Source: Chiloscyllium plagiosum
Lineage: Eukaryota
NCBI RefSeq assembly: GCF_004010195.1
Contig: NC_057719.1
Coordinates: 62,746,085 to 62,810,084, forward strand
Length of the DNA: 64,000 nt
Direction: 5' to 3'
Shown: piece by piece, positions 12,060 to 23,148 of the stretch
How positions within the stretch are numbered: position 1 is the stretch's first letter
Layout: the number at the start of each line of letters is the position of its first letter
Made by a program: the position numbers and the translations under genes
Notes under the pieces: model-generated
Database searches by the model: none
Told to the model about the DNA's origin: nothing
Seen by the model: the letters and a program-made list of their open reading frames with translations, nothing else

Positions 12060-12310
12060 TGAGATCCTGACTGTCTGCTCAGGTGAATGTGAATCATCCC
12101 ATGGCACCATTCTAAGAATGAGAAATTCTCTGAATGATATGGCCAATATTTATTCTCCATTTAACACCACTAAAGACAGAATGCTTGACCATATGTTTGT
12201 GAAAATTGGCTGTAAACAAATTGGTTGCTATGTTTGCCTAAATTACAGAACTTCAAATGGATTTAATTGACTCTTGAACAGTTTGTAATTATCTAAGACC
12301 ATGTGACAAA
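12060..12310 (+). mobile_element. Deu-domain SINE relic (SacSINE1/AmnSINE-like)
   Basis: caggtgaatgtgaatcatcccatggcacc..tggccaatatttattctcc..aaattggttgctatgtttgcc resembles the Deu core consensus as I recall it; not aligned. Confidence 0.6.
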
Positions 12311-12390
12311 GTAGCAGAAGTAAGCCATTTTCCCCCAACGATATGGGATTGGAAATATGGAAAGTATTATGTAGGTGCAAGTTTACTCTT

Positions 12391-12612
12391 GCTGAAAATG
12401 TGTTGCTGGAAAAGCACAGCAGGTCAGGCAGCATCCAAGGAACAGGAGAATCGACGTTTTGGGCATAAGCCCTTCTTCAGGAATCCTGGAAAAGGGCTTA
12501 TGCCCGAAACGTTGATTCTCCTGTTCCTTGGATGCTGCCTGACCTGCTGCGCTTTTCCAGCAACATATTTTCAGCTCTGATCTCCAGCATCTGCAGTCCT
12601 CACTTTCTCCTC
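12391..12612. mobile_element. PLE-derived fold-back element, both hammerhead motifs mutated
   Basis: Arms 12391-~12481 and ~12485-12575, 37-nt tail. 14-bp TSD GCAAGTTTACTCTT at 12377-12390 and 12613-12626. Confidence 0.9.
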
Positions 12613-14150
12613 GCAAGTTTACTCTTACTTTGTAAGTAAGCCCTCTGCCTGTATCACACTGCTGGTAAAATTTCTCATTTAAAAAGCTGATCCAGTGAAA
12701 CATTTTGGAGTTTTTCAGGGCTAGATTTGCTGTTGTCCAAATGAAGCATTTTAAATGCATTGCAGATTTCTGGGCCACCTTGCTAGTATGGAGTATATAA
12801 TCTTTGATGTACAAGTCTGATTGAAGTCATGCTAGATTTAGGTTGCTCTTGTTGACGGTTGATCAATTGAACATTTCAAGGTTGAGCTTGATAGAATCTT
12901 ATTTGAGGACATAAAGGGATGTGGATTAAAGTTGGGTAGATACACTGAAGTATAAAGCAGGCATCATCTAAAATAATGGCAGAATAATTTTAAGGCACTG
13001 CATACTCCTTTTGACAATATTCACTGACCAACATTAGTTTTCTGCTGTTAAAAGTAATTTCTTTATCATTGAATGTTTTAAACCAACAGAAACCACCAGC
13101 ATGGACTGCTGTAGATCATCATTACGCTCTATTAACATGCTATGATGTAGTATTTGTGGAAATATTAAGACAAATTTCTCAAACTGTCAAACCAATGAGG
13201 TTGTTATGAGCATACATATAAATTAGGAGCGCGTGCAGGCTGTTCAAGCCCTCAAGCCTGCTTCCCCATTCTCCAAGATGTGATTGGGGCCTCATCTTCA
13301 CTTTTCTCACTGTACTTGATATCAACTTCTGCCTTAAAAGTATGCAATGCAATGGCTTCACATTCTCTGGGGAAGAGCATTCCAGGGACTCTTAATATGA
13401 GGATTAATTAGCAATCCAAGAATGTACAGGAATAGTAACAGTAAAGTTGCTGCTGAAATAGATATAAACAGCGTTGATAGTACTGCAGAAGCGATGTAAG
13501 GGACATGGGTGATATTGAAGTATGTAGTCAATAACATTAATTATTTACATGAAATTTCAAACCACTTGTTAAATAACACAGATGTTTCATAACTGGTGTT
13601 GGTTCCTTTTCAAATTCCTTTTAAAATATAGAATTACATTGGATAGTGTTCTAATATAACTTGGAACTATCATAATGGGAATTGAATGGAAATATTAGCC
13701 TTTTTTTTAAACCAAACACTTCATGAATTAATTAGCTGGGATATAATCACAAATGAGGTTGCAATTAAAGTTTTGCATGTCAATTTGCATCGTCTCTTGG
13801 TCTCTTGCTGTTCAGAACTACAAAATCTCTTGCAATGTGTTTGATTTTACCGAACCTGGAAAAGACAGCATCTGCAGAATGTTACATTTGTGCATTGATG
13901 TCCTATAATGCAGTGTTTGTGTGAACCCAACTAATGCTGGGGTATGGTATCAAAGCTGGAAGTGTTCACGGGCAGTCAGTAACTGAATATGTGTCCAGCC
14001 TCACCTACGACAGATAGTTCCTTCAAGGTTAGGAGCAAAAGCTGGAAGGCTAGATGATGGCAATTGACTTTTTTTCCTTAAATGGAACTTAAGACACTTA
14101 AGAGTCCCAAATCCTACCAGGTTTACCTGACTGTTATGAATATTTGCTGA

Positions 14151-15241
14151 AAAGTGCAAGGCTCATCCCCAGGAGGACCAGTCCCACCACAGAACACACC
14201 AGATGGCCTCCTCCTTTAGTGATCGCAATTTCCCTTCCCACGTGGTTGAAGATGCCCTCCAACGCATCTCGTCCACATCCCGCACCTCCGTCCTCAAACC
14301 TCACCCCTTCAACCGTAACAAGGACAGAATCCCCCATTCCTCACTTTTCACCCTACCAACCTTCACATTCACCGCATCATCCGCCAACATTTCCGCCACC
14401 TCCAAACGGACCCCACCACCAGAGATATATTTCCCTCCCAACCCTTTCTGCAAAGATTGTTCCCTCCGTGACCATCTGGTCAGGTCCACGCCCCCCAACA
14501 ACCCATCCTCCCGTCCTGGCACTTTCCCCTGCCACCGCAGGAATTGCAAAACCTGCGCCCACACGTCCTCCCTCACCTCCATCTGAGGCCCCAAAGGAGC
14601 CTTCCACATCCATCAAAGTTTTACCTGCATATCCACCAATATCATTTATTGTATCCATTGCTCCCGATGCGGTCTCCTCTACATTGGGAGACTGGACGTC
14701 TCCTCACAGAGCGCTTTAGGGAACATCTCCGGGACACCCGCACCAATCAACCCCTCCACCCTGTGGCCCAACATTTCAACTCCCCCTCCCATTCTGCCGA
14801 AGACATGCAGGTCCTGGGTCTCCTTCACCACCGCTACCTCAACACCCGATGCCTGGAGGAAGGACGCCTCATCTTCCGCCTTGGAACATTTCACCCCCAG
14901 GGCATCAATGTGGACTTCACCAGTTTCCTCATTTCCCCTCCCCCTACCTTACCCCAGTTCCAACCTTCCAGCTCAGCACTGTCCTCATGACCTGTCCTAA
15001 CTGCCAATCTCCCTTCCCACTATCCAGTCCACCCTCCCCTCTGACCTTTCACCTTCATCCCCACCCCCATTCGCCTATTGTACTCTTTACTACCTTCTCC
15101 CCAGCCCCCTCCCCATATATCTCTCCACGCTGGAGGTTTCCTGCCTCTATTCCTGATGAAGGGCTTTCACCCGAAATGTCGATTTTCCTGTTCTTCGGAT
15201 GCTGCCTGACCTGTTGTGCTTTTCCAGCACCACTCATCCTA
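14151..15241 (+). mobile_element. 5'-truncated Penelope-like retroelement (Neptune-like): RT C-terminal end, Cys-rich linker, GIY-YIG endonuclease, pLTR with hammerhead
   Basis: Across a stop and frameshift it reads GTFPCHRRNCKTC..FTCISTNIIYCIHCSRCGLLYIG-ETGRLLTERFREH..VAQHFN..LGTFHPQGIN. Imperfect flanking repeat gaatatttgctga / gaataatggctga. Confidence 0.9.
15153..15180 (+). ncRNA. Minimal hammerhead motif, partly degenerate
   Basis: CTGATGA-A-GGGC-TTTC-ACCC-GAAA-TG-TC. Stem II has a mismatch and the stem III palindrome ACGT has become ATGT. Confidence 0.5.
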
Positions 15242-16120
15242 GAATAATGGCTGAGCCTGCGGAGGCTATAGTGTTGGAAGTACTTTGATGGCTTAAAGCT
15301 AGTTCTCAAAGAAAAGCATGTGTGTAATTATGTCCTAAAGGAGACTGTCAGTAATTTGAGGTGATTACCTAAAGCTTGAAAATTCCCCTCTCTCCCTCCC
15401 AAGCAAAAACTAAGGATTGGATACGTGATTTTCCTTTCCCTTCTTATCATAGGGGGAGAGAGATTGAAAAGTATGAAGTACAAGAATTTTCAAGAGCTAC
15501 ATTCTGCTGTTTTTAGTCTAAGTGATAACAATAAATAAACTCCAAACCAGAGACATGGACACACTCTATCACTTAATTTTGGAAATGGAAGATCACTGTC
15601 AAGTACAAACTTGTAGATAAGGCAGAAACAGATTAATTTCCTAACTTTCTTCTCAACCCAAGCTGAGGCATGTGGTCTGTTGGACAGCAATCTTTGTTTC
15701 TGAATATTTCAGCAAATGTGTTAACGTTGGATAGTGGCAAATTTTGCAGTCAGTCACTGCAATGCATTGAAACACAGATATTTTTAGCACTCGAAAATTG
15801 ACTGAGTGTGATGGTATTTAGTGTATTGAATAATAGTGGACTGCCATCCAGTTGTAGATGGGAAGGCACTGATTGTGATTGGCTTTTAGGGAGAGACTGT
15901 CGATGTTCTTTCACTGGCTGTAAGGATGCATAAATTGTCACTAAGAAATGAGCGAGAGGTGGAATTAAAAAGCCATTGTAATTATTGAGAATAGTCACTT
16001 GGCCTAGGGAAGTAGAGCTGTTGCTAATAAGTACTGATAATAATTACAAATTGTCATTACCAGTGCAATTACTTTTCTTGAGCCTGCAAATGCCCAGATG
16101 AATGAGAATCGGTGAGTGTA

Positions 16121-16431
16121 GAATCATAGAGCCACAGAATCCCAGTCATGCAGAAAGAGGCCATTTGGCCCATCGAATCTGCACCAACTCTCCAAAGAGC
16201 ATTCCATCCTATCCCTGTAATTCCCATGGTTAACCTACTTAGTCTGCACAGCCCTGGACACTCCGGAATATTTAGCCTGGCCAATCCACCTAACCTGCAC
16301 ATCTTTGGACTGTACCTGGAGAAAACCCACACAGACACAGGGAGAATGTGCAAGCTCCACACAGACAATCACCCAAAGCTGCAGTTAAACTGGTACTGTG
16401 AGGCAGCAATGCTAACCTCTGTGCCACTGTT
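16121..16431 (-). mobile_element. HE1-related SINE
   Basis: Reverse complement of the SINE body (gggagaatgtgcaagctccacacagac) and head (ctgtgaggcagcaatgctaacc). Confidence 0.85.
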
Positions 16432-16832
16432 GCACTCCTAAATGATGGTTGAAGATGAAGGCAGATCCTTACGAAGGCTTTTAATTACAAAGAGAATAAG
16501 AGCCTGCAAGTATTTATTACGTGATATTCCTTAACACACAATTTATTGCCTCAAGCAGTTGTTTTTGTAGATTTATTTTTGCTGTAGTTGATGCAACTTG
16601 ATTGAATGAATGAATGCTTTAATTAGTTTTCCTTTGGAGAAACCTTTCCACAAAGGCACCTATTGTCTTTAAAACATAAGACTTCCTTCCTGATGTCCTT
16701 AATTTCATCCTGCAATCAGAGTTTTCATTGTTCCGGTTTCATCTAAAAATAGGTATTAATGCAGTGATGATTGGAGAGTGTTGGAAATAATTCATTCTAA
16801 GCAATATTCTCGAGAGCTATGTCTCAGCTCAT

Positions 16833-16997
16833 TCACACACACAAACGCTCACACAAACACTCACACATGCGCGCACACACTCACACGCGCACACACTCAC
16901 ACGCGCACACACTCACACGCGCACACACTCATACGCGCACACTCTCGCACACGCACACGCACACGCACACTTACTCTCACACACTCATGCACTCACG
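16833..16997. repeat. Complex (CA/CG/CT) microsatellite
   Basis: Repeated units such as cacacactcacacgcg and cgcaca. Confidence 0.92.
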
Positions 16998-19289
16998 AGT
17001 ATTTGTTGTAATTCAGGTTTGATTACTTGTCAAATGCTTGTAAATTATTTGTTGTAATTATAAACTTTGGCCAGTATGTTTTATGAGGTCAATCTACTGA
17101 TTTCATCATTTTTGTGGTATTTACACAGTGGGCTCAGTTTCACATGACCCTGGATAAGATTTCTACGGCCAGAGGAACATGCCTTGGATTGCCCCAATTG
17201 GATCAAAGTCCAGATTTAAATCCAAAGTTAATTTTCCTGCCAAAAGGAGAATTTGCAGGCATTTGCTTGAAACTTGGCAAACAGCCACTGCACCATAAAG
17301 TAGTGATACATTAATCGGATGATCAGCTAAACACTTTGGATTTAAATTGCATAGATTTGTAGTAGAATTTTTATTAGAATTTTGCCTGAGCTGCTTGTAA
17401 CCTCTCTCTCCAACAGTTGATAGTTGAGAAATTTTAACTCTGACCTTGAGTGCCACTTGGCGGGAACTGTGTCCACTTCATACCAGATTAATGTTTAAAA
17501 TAATCTGACAGTGGGGGGCTTCGCCTGGGGAATTTGGCTCGTCAAACAGGCTGTCACTCTTGGACTTCATTACCAGGGCAATAGCCATGCGAGACTAGAA
17601 TGTCACAGAGTGGCAGTTGGATTGTAATGTTATTAATACAGAGAGTGTCAACCTCCCTTTACACGTCGTCTTCATCATGAACTCTACTGACTTCCAACAT
17701 TGGATGCAGATGGAACTCTGCTGCCAGCTTGATGAGAATCAGTACATGAGACACACTGTGCATTTAATGAGCAACCCTTACACCTCCAAATGCAGTGTTT
17801 CAGCCCTGATTAACCTTTTTATTTCTCATTTCCCTTGCTCATTTTTGTCTCGCTGCTGCTGCCACCACCTAGTCAGCCTTTTGTCGGTCTTTTCTTGGAT
17901 AGCGCCATCAATCTTGTTTCAAATTCCCGATGCAGCCATTTAACTAATCAAATTACTCTTGTTGCCAGGTCTCTGTCGGCACTAGTCTGGGCCCCATGTG
18001 TGCACCGACCTCTCCTCCAAACTGTGACAAAATTAATTGCTGTATCTTTTGTCTGTAACCTTAAAGTGAGCAAAGAAGGTCACTGAAGCTGTTAAGAAAT
18101 GAAAGGCCGGTGTTTTAATTATTTCGTTCTATGGTAGTGAATGCACTCAGTTCAAAGAATTATGAGCAAGTTTCTAGACATTTTTAAAATAACATTGCAG
18201 CTGTGGCCAAGCTATGGGGAAATACAAAGATATTTTCAGGCCTAACGTGGAGATTGAGGGTGAGTGGTGTGATTAATGCATAATTGAATCAATCCACATT
18301 GAGGCTGGAGAGAGGGAGGAGGCCCCTGAATTACTGGCAGATTCATATACATTTAACGGAGCTAGTAGTGATAAATCAATGGGTACATTCAACTATCAAG
18401 TGAGAAGCCTTCTGTGAGCCGACTTCACATCTTTCCATTGTTGTTATTCACATTCATGCAGTCACTCTTCAACATTATTTGCTGTCATTTGCGTTTGTAC
18501 CACTGCTGCAAGATGGGTTACCAAATTTGACCGCAAAGACCAGAAAACTCTGATTACAAACTTGCATAATTCCATTGCTGGGGAGCAACAAGTGGAATAA
18601 TTTACGTGAGTAGCATCCACTAGGGGATTGCATGCACATGTCACGTGAAAAGGAAATATTTTCTGGACTGAGTGCATAGTTATTTGAAAAATCTAGCACA
18701 GGTACAGTGGGTTGAATGGACTGCTTTGTACTGTATGTTTCTCTGAATAAGAGTTTGGTCAGAGTGCATTTTATAAATATGTAACAAACAGTGCCGAGAG
18801 TTTGAAGCTGCTGAAATGTTATGGTGTGTGAGGTCTTGGAGTCATTAAAATTGAGGTGTTACTCATGTTGGGCAGAGCAATGCGAAGAGATGATTCAGTG
18901 TGTAACTCAATTCATCCTGGATTCTGGGTTTCCTCCTGAAGAGCTAAAGCAAAACTGTTGCAGTACTGAGCCAGTCTGGATCGACATTGGTGGGGTGGCT
19001 ACAATCCATATGATGAGGGATGTGTGTACTCTATTCACATTTCAATGCAGAATTTGCCCTGATCAAGGCATAAGTTGATCTTGACAAGTATAATACACAA
19101 GTATCAAGAAACAAACCTGTAGAACCCTGTGGGAAACTTTCCTTTTGAATTTTGCTTCTATGTCCCAGAGGATCCAGTAGCCCATGAAATGACCTAGTTT
19201 AATATGGTGGTTTCCAATGTGAGGGATTGTATGAAGGCACTTACAGACGCTGAATCATGATATGTCTGACTAGTCAACAAATATACCCA

Positions 19290-19760
19290 TGAAAACAAAG
19301 TCGTGGTAAAACCCAAGAGAACACCAGGTTCAAAAGATACAGCTAAATTCTGCAGATCCTGGAATGGTAGCAGACTGCAAGGTTGTAAATATAAACCCAC
19401 TATTTAACAAAGTAGGGAGAGCAGAAATTGGGAACTGTTAGCCTGATAACAGTAGGGAGGAAAGTACTAGAATCTGTTAGAACGGATAACTGGATACTTT
19501 GAAAAGAATTCATTTGGGCAATGTCAACATAAATTTATGAAATCATGCTCAACAGACCTACTGAGAGTATTTTGAAGCTGTTACTCTCAGACCAGATACA
19601 AGGGAAGCAATGCATTGTGTATCTGAATTTTCAGAGTGTTTTTTAATAAGCTCCCAAGGGGTTAGCAAACAAATTTAGCAAGGGATAGAGGATAATATGC
19701 TGGCATGGATTAATGATTAGTCAATGGAAAGAAAACAGAATAGGAATATCTGGTTATTTT
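19290..19760 (+). mobile_element. Highly degenerate CR1 RT fragment
   Basis: Remnants resembling W..ANI.PLF.K / R.EIGN / YLNFQ..F / WINDW.. run parallel to the 860-1230 region. Confidence 0.6.
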
Positions 19761-19767
19761 CAGACTC

Positions 19768-19900
19768 AACATTTCGGATTCAGTGACCCCTCAGAACTGG
19801 AGTGGAAACATTAACCTCTGATTTCTCTCCTTTGATGCTGCCACACCTGCAGAGATTTTCCAGCAATTTCTGTTTTCGTTTCAGATTTCCAGCATCATTC
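19768..19900. mobile_element. Old PLE pLTR-like fragment (related piece at 59290-59390)
   Basis: gaaacattaacctctgatttctct..gatgctgcc..ttttccagcaatttctg is shared with 59317-59382 and has the same layout as the younger pLTRs. Confidence 0.5.
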
Positions 19901-20844
19901 AGTTTTTTTTGGTCATTTTCAAGTTGACACACTATGATTATGTGGAATACCACAAGGTGAAAGACACCGAAAGGCTGCAATAAAGTACTATTGCTGAAGG
20001 AAAATGTTACAATTTCAGATCATGAGAATGACATTTGGCCCCTGGAGCCTGTTCTGTCATGTTAGATCATGGCTGATTTGATTTTGGTCTGTATTTTTTG
20101 ATACACTCAATTCCCTTGTCAAACAAGAATCTAACTCAAGCCTTAAAGGTATTTGATGACCCCGCCTCCCTATGGACATCGCCACTCCTGAATCTCTCAC
20201 CATTTCAGAAACACTCTGAAACTTTGCACTTCCTAGCAAAGTGGTTAACCTCACTGTCATATTCACAAAATTCCCTCTGCCATGCTCTTTCTCACTCAGC
20301 CAGCCTTAATTCCCTTAAAATCCCTTTGTGTCACAACTCAGCCTCACTTAATCTACAAGTCCCCAATCATTGATAGCTGTGAACCTTGTGGTACACTAAG
20401 CATTCACAGTGTGCCACTGAAATTGTATGTTCATATAGTTGTTAATGCACATGGTGTGCTGTATCTTAACTGCTCTCTACAAATTTCCCTGACTTTTCCT
20501 ATCTATCCTATCATTCTGAACATTTAATCTACTTACTGCGTTGAAAAATCATGGTGGAATCCTGCTATTTTTATTTGTCTATTGAACTTGACTTTATCAG
20601 AATAAGTATGAGTAAAAATCAGAGCAACAATTTCTTCCAGCGAAGGCGCTTTATTGCAGTCTCTCACTGTCACCAGTTCAAAATCCGAGAGTTTCCTTCC
20701 TAACAGCACCGTGCGTGTCCCTACACCCAAGCCGATTTAAGAATGGAGCAAGGCTTGATCATGTTCCATACACAGAGGTCCATTCTCTGCAAGCAAAAGG
20801 ATGTGTCACTTCTAGCAAGGGTAGATGAGCCACATTATAAGCTT

Positions 20845-21451
20845 CGAGAATGTGCTGCTGGAAAAGCACAGCTGGTCAGGTAGCACCCGAGGAGCAAGAG
20901 AATCAACGTTTCGGGCTAAAGCCCTTCATCAGGAATGAAGCTTGTGGGCCAAGCGGACTGGAGATAAATGGGAGTGGAGTGGGGCTAGGGGGGAAGTTAG
21001 CTGGGAATACAATAGGTAGATGAAAGTGGAGGTGAAGGTGATAGTCCGGAGAGGAGGGTGAAGCGGATAGGTGGGAAGGAAGATGAACAGGTAGGACAGG
21101 TAAAGAGGGTGGTGCCAAATTGGAAGGTTAGATCTGGGATCTGGAATCTGGAAATGAGGAAACTGGTGAAATCCACATTGATCCCATGTGGTTGGAGGGT
21201 CCCAAGGCAGATGATGAGGCATTCTTCCTCCAGGCATCGGATGCTAAGAGTTTGGTGACGGAGGAGGCCCAGGACCCGCATGTCCTTGGTGAGGTGTGAG
21301 AGGGAGTTGGTGGTTGGCAACGAGGTGGTGGAGTTGCTTCGTGTGTATGTCCCGGGGATGTTCTCTGAAGCGTTCTGCAAGTAGTTTGGCTGCGCTTTTC
21401 CAGCATCACACTCTCAACTCTGATCTCCAGCATCTGCAGTCCTCACTTTCT
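20845..21451 (-). mobile_element. Truncated PLE: pLTR plus endonuclease C-terminus, ending in an inverted short pLTR piece and tail
   Basis: Minus-strand peptide DMRVLGLL..RCLEEECLIICLGTLQPHGINVDF. 15-bp TSD CCACATTATAAGCTT at 20830-20844 and 21452-21466. Confidence 0.9.
20905..20932 (-). ncRNA. Minimal hammerhead motif (intact core, GUU site)
   Basis: Minus strand reads CTGATGA-A-GGGC-TTTA-GCCC-GAAA-CG-TT. Confidence 0.7.
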
Positions 21452-22810
21452 CCACATTATAAGCTTGACTGATTACCTTAAATTGGTTGTCAGTGTAAGT
21501 ATTAGCACACTCAGAAGTGTTTACCACATTGCTGGACAGAAATCTGTCAGTTCATAGCTGATGGGATTGGTTGTGAATGAAGTGACAAGGTCATGGGAAA
21601 TAGGCGAAATTAAATATGTTCCAAAGAAAACTATTTCTAATTTCATTCAACAAAGACTAAATGGATATTTTCTGTTCACAAGAGATGAACATTTTCAGTG
21701 TCTTGCTACTTCTGTCATTACATCCACTTGACATCTTCACAATAAATTCATAATCTGTGTATGGAAGTGAAAGCTCTTTTGCTTTATCTTCAGGGACTAA
21801 ATTCTGTTTCATGATGTAATATGCTATCCAGAGTCAATTTTGGTTCATGGGAGAGAAACACAATAATGCTGGTCAGGGAAACTTGAACATTGATTTTTCA
21901 TAGCAATCAGCAAATGATCTAGCCCTGTGATTGTATCTGGTGGTCTTGTCGTGTTGACATGGTTGGTACCTTAAAAGGGTGATGTAGCCTGTATTTAGAC
22001 TAAATATTCATTGCAATTCTTGTTGCAGAGTCCCCTGACACAGAATATTGTATATCAATCAATATGACAACTTGTTATCTGCTTAAGATAAATATCAGAG
22101 AATCGAGGGCAGTTCAGATTGCACACTGATAAAGAATAGCTGTGAATTGAATTGAGTCGCTAACAGTTACTGCTGGTTTTAGAACGCATCCAACAGCATT
22201 TCCAAGCTTAAATCTAAATCTCAAAGCTACTTCATCTCGCTGATTTGGATGAAAGAAGAATGTTTAGGTAAAATGGCCAGATGAATCCAGACATTATAAC
22301 ATTGAAAAACTGTGAGAAGTGCCAATTCTTGGCAAAGCCAGGTATTTTACTTAGATAAGAGAAGGAAGAAATTGATAAATGTCCAGTAATGCTCGGAAAT
22401 CCTGAGTCCATGAAAGGAAATAGAGGAGCTGAGAGAGGAAAAAAAATCTGCATTCCCTTCAACAAATGAAGTAAAATGGATAGAGCGGGTGCAAAAATTG
22501 ATTTGAAGTAATCTATGGGTGAGTGCTCAAAGAAGATTAAATTTGATTGTAAGTGAAAAGGATGAATTTAAAAAAAAAGTAATTTTTTCATATTGGATAT
22601 ATTTTCATTAAAGCACTTACAGTGAAAAGATTCAACGTATGTGAAAATAGGATTCGTAAGATATTTGAAATATGTATCTTACTTGCATATTAATGCATTT
22701 AAAACCTCTCTACTTATCAAACTGCTTTTAAGGAATGATTTCTAGTCATTTTGTTATTTAAAAATTAGCAATAAATTGATCACTCAAAGGCAACCTGTTA
22801 TTTTCAATGA

Positions 22811-23148
22811 AATAGACAAAGACTTATCCCAGGGTTGGGGGAGTCGAGAACTAGAGGGCATAGGTTTAGGGTGAGAGGGGAAAGATTTAAAAGGGACCTA
22901 AGGGGCAACTTTTTCACACAGAGGGTGGTATGTGTATGGAATGAGCTGCCAGTGGAAGTGGTGGAGGCTGGTACAATTGCAACATTTAAAAGGCATCTGA
23001 ATAGGTATATGAATAGGAAGGGTTTGGAGGAATGTGGACCAAGTGCTGGCAAATGGGACTAGATTAGGTTGGGATATCTGGACGGCATGGATGAGTTGGA
23101 CTGAAGAGTCTGTTTCTGTGCTGTACATCTCGATGAATCTACGACTCT
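22811..23148 (+). mobile_element. CR1 (HER1-like) 3' fragment
   Basis: GESRTRGHRFRVRGERFKRDLRGNFFTQRVV..WNELP followed by the conserved 3' UTR. Confidence 0.92.

Noticed and set aside
16778..17022. His/Thr-rich ORFs (also 5985-6248 and the Ser/Leu run at 31736-31936)
   Set aside because: Translations of microsatellites.
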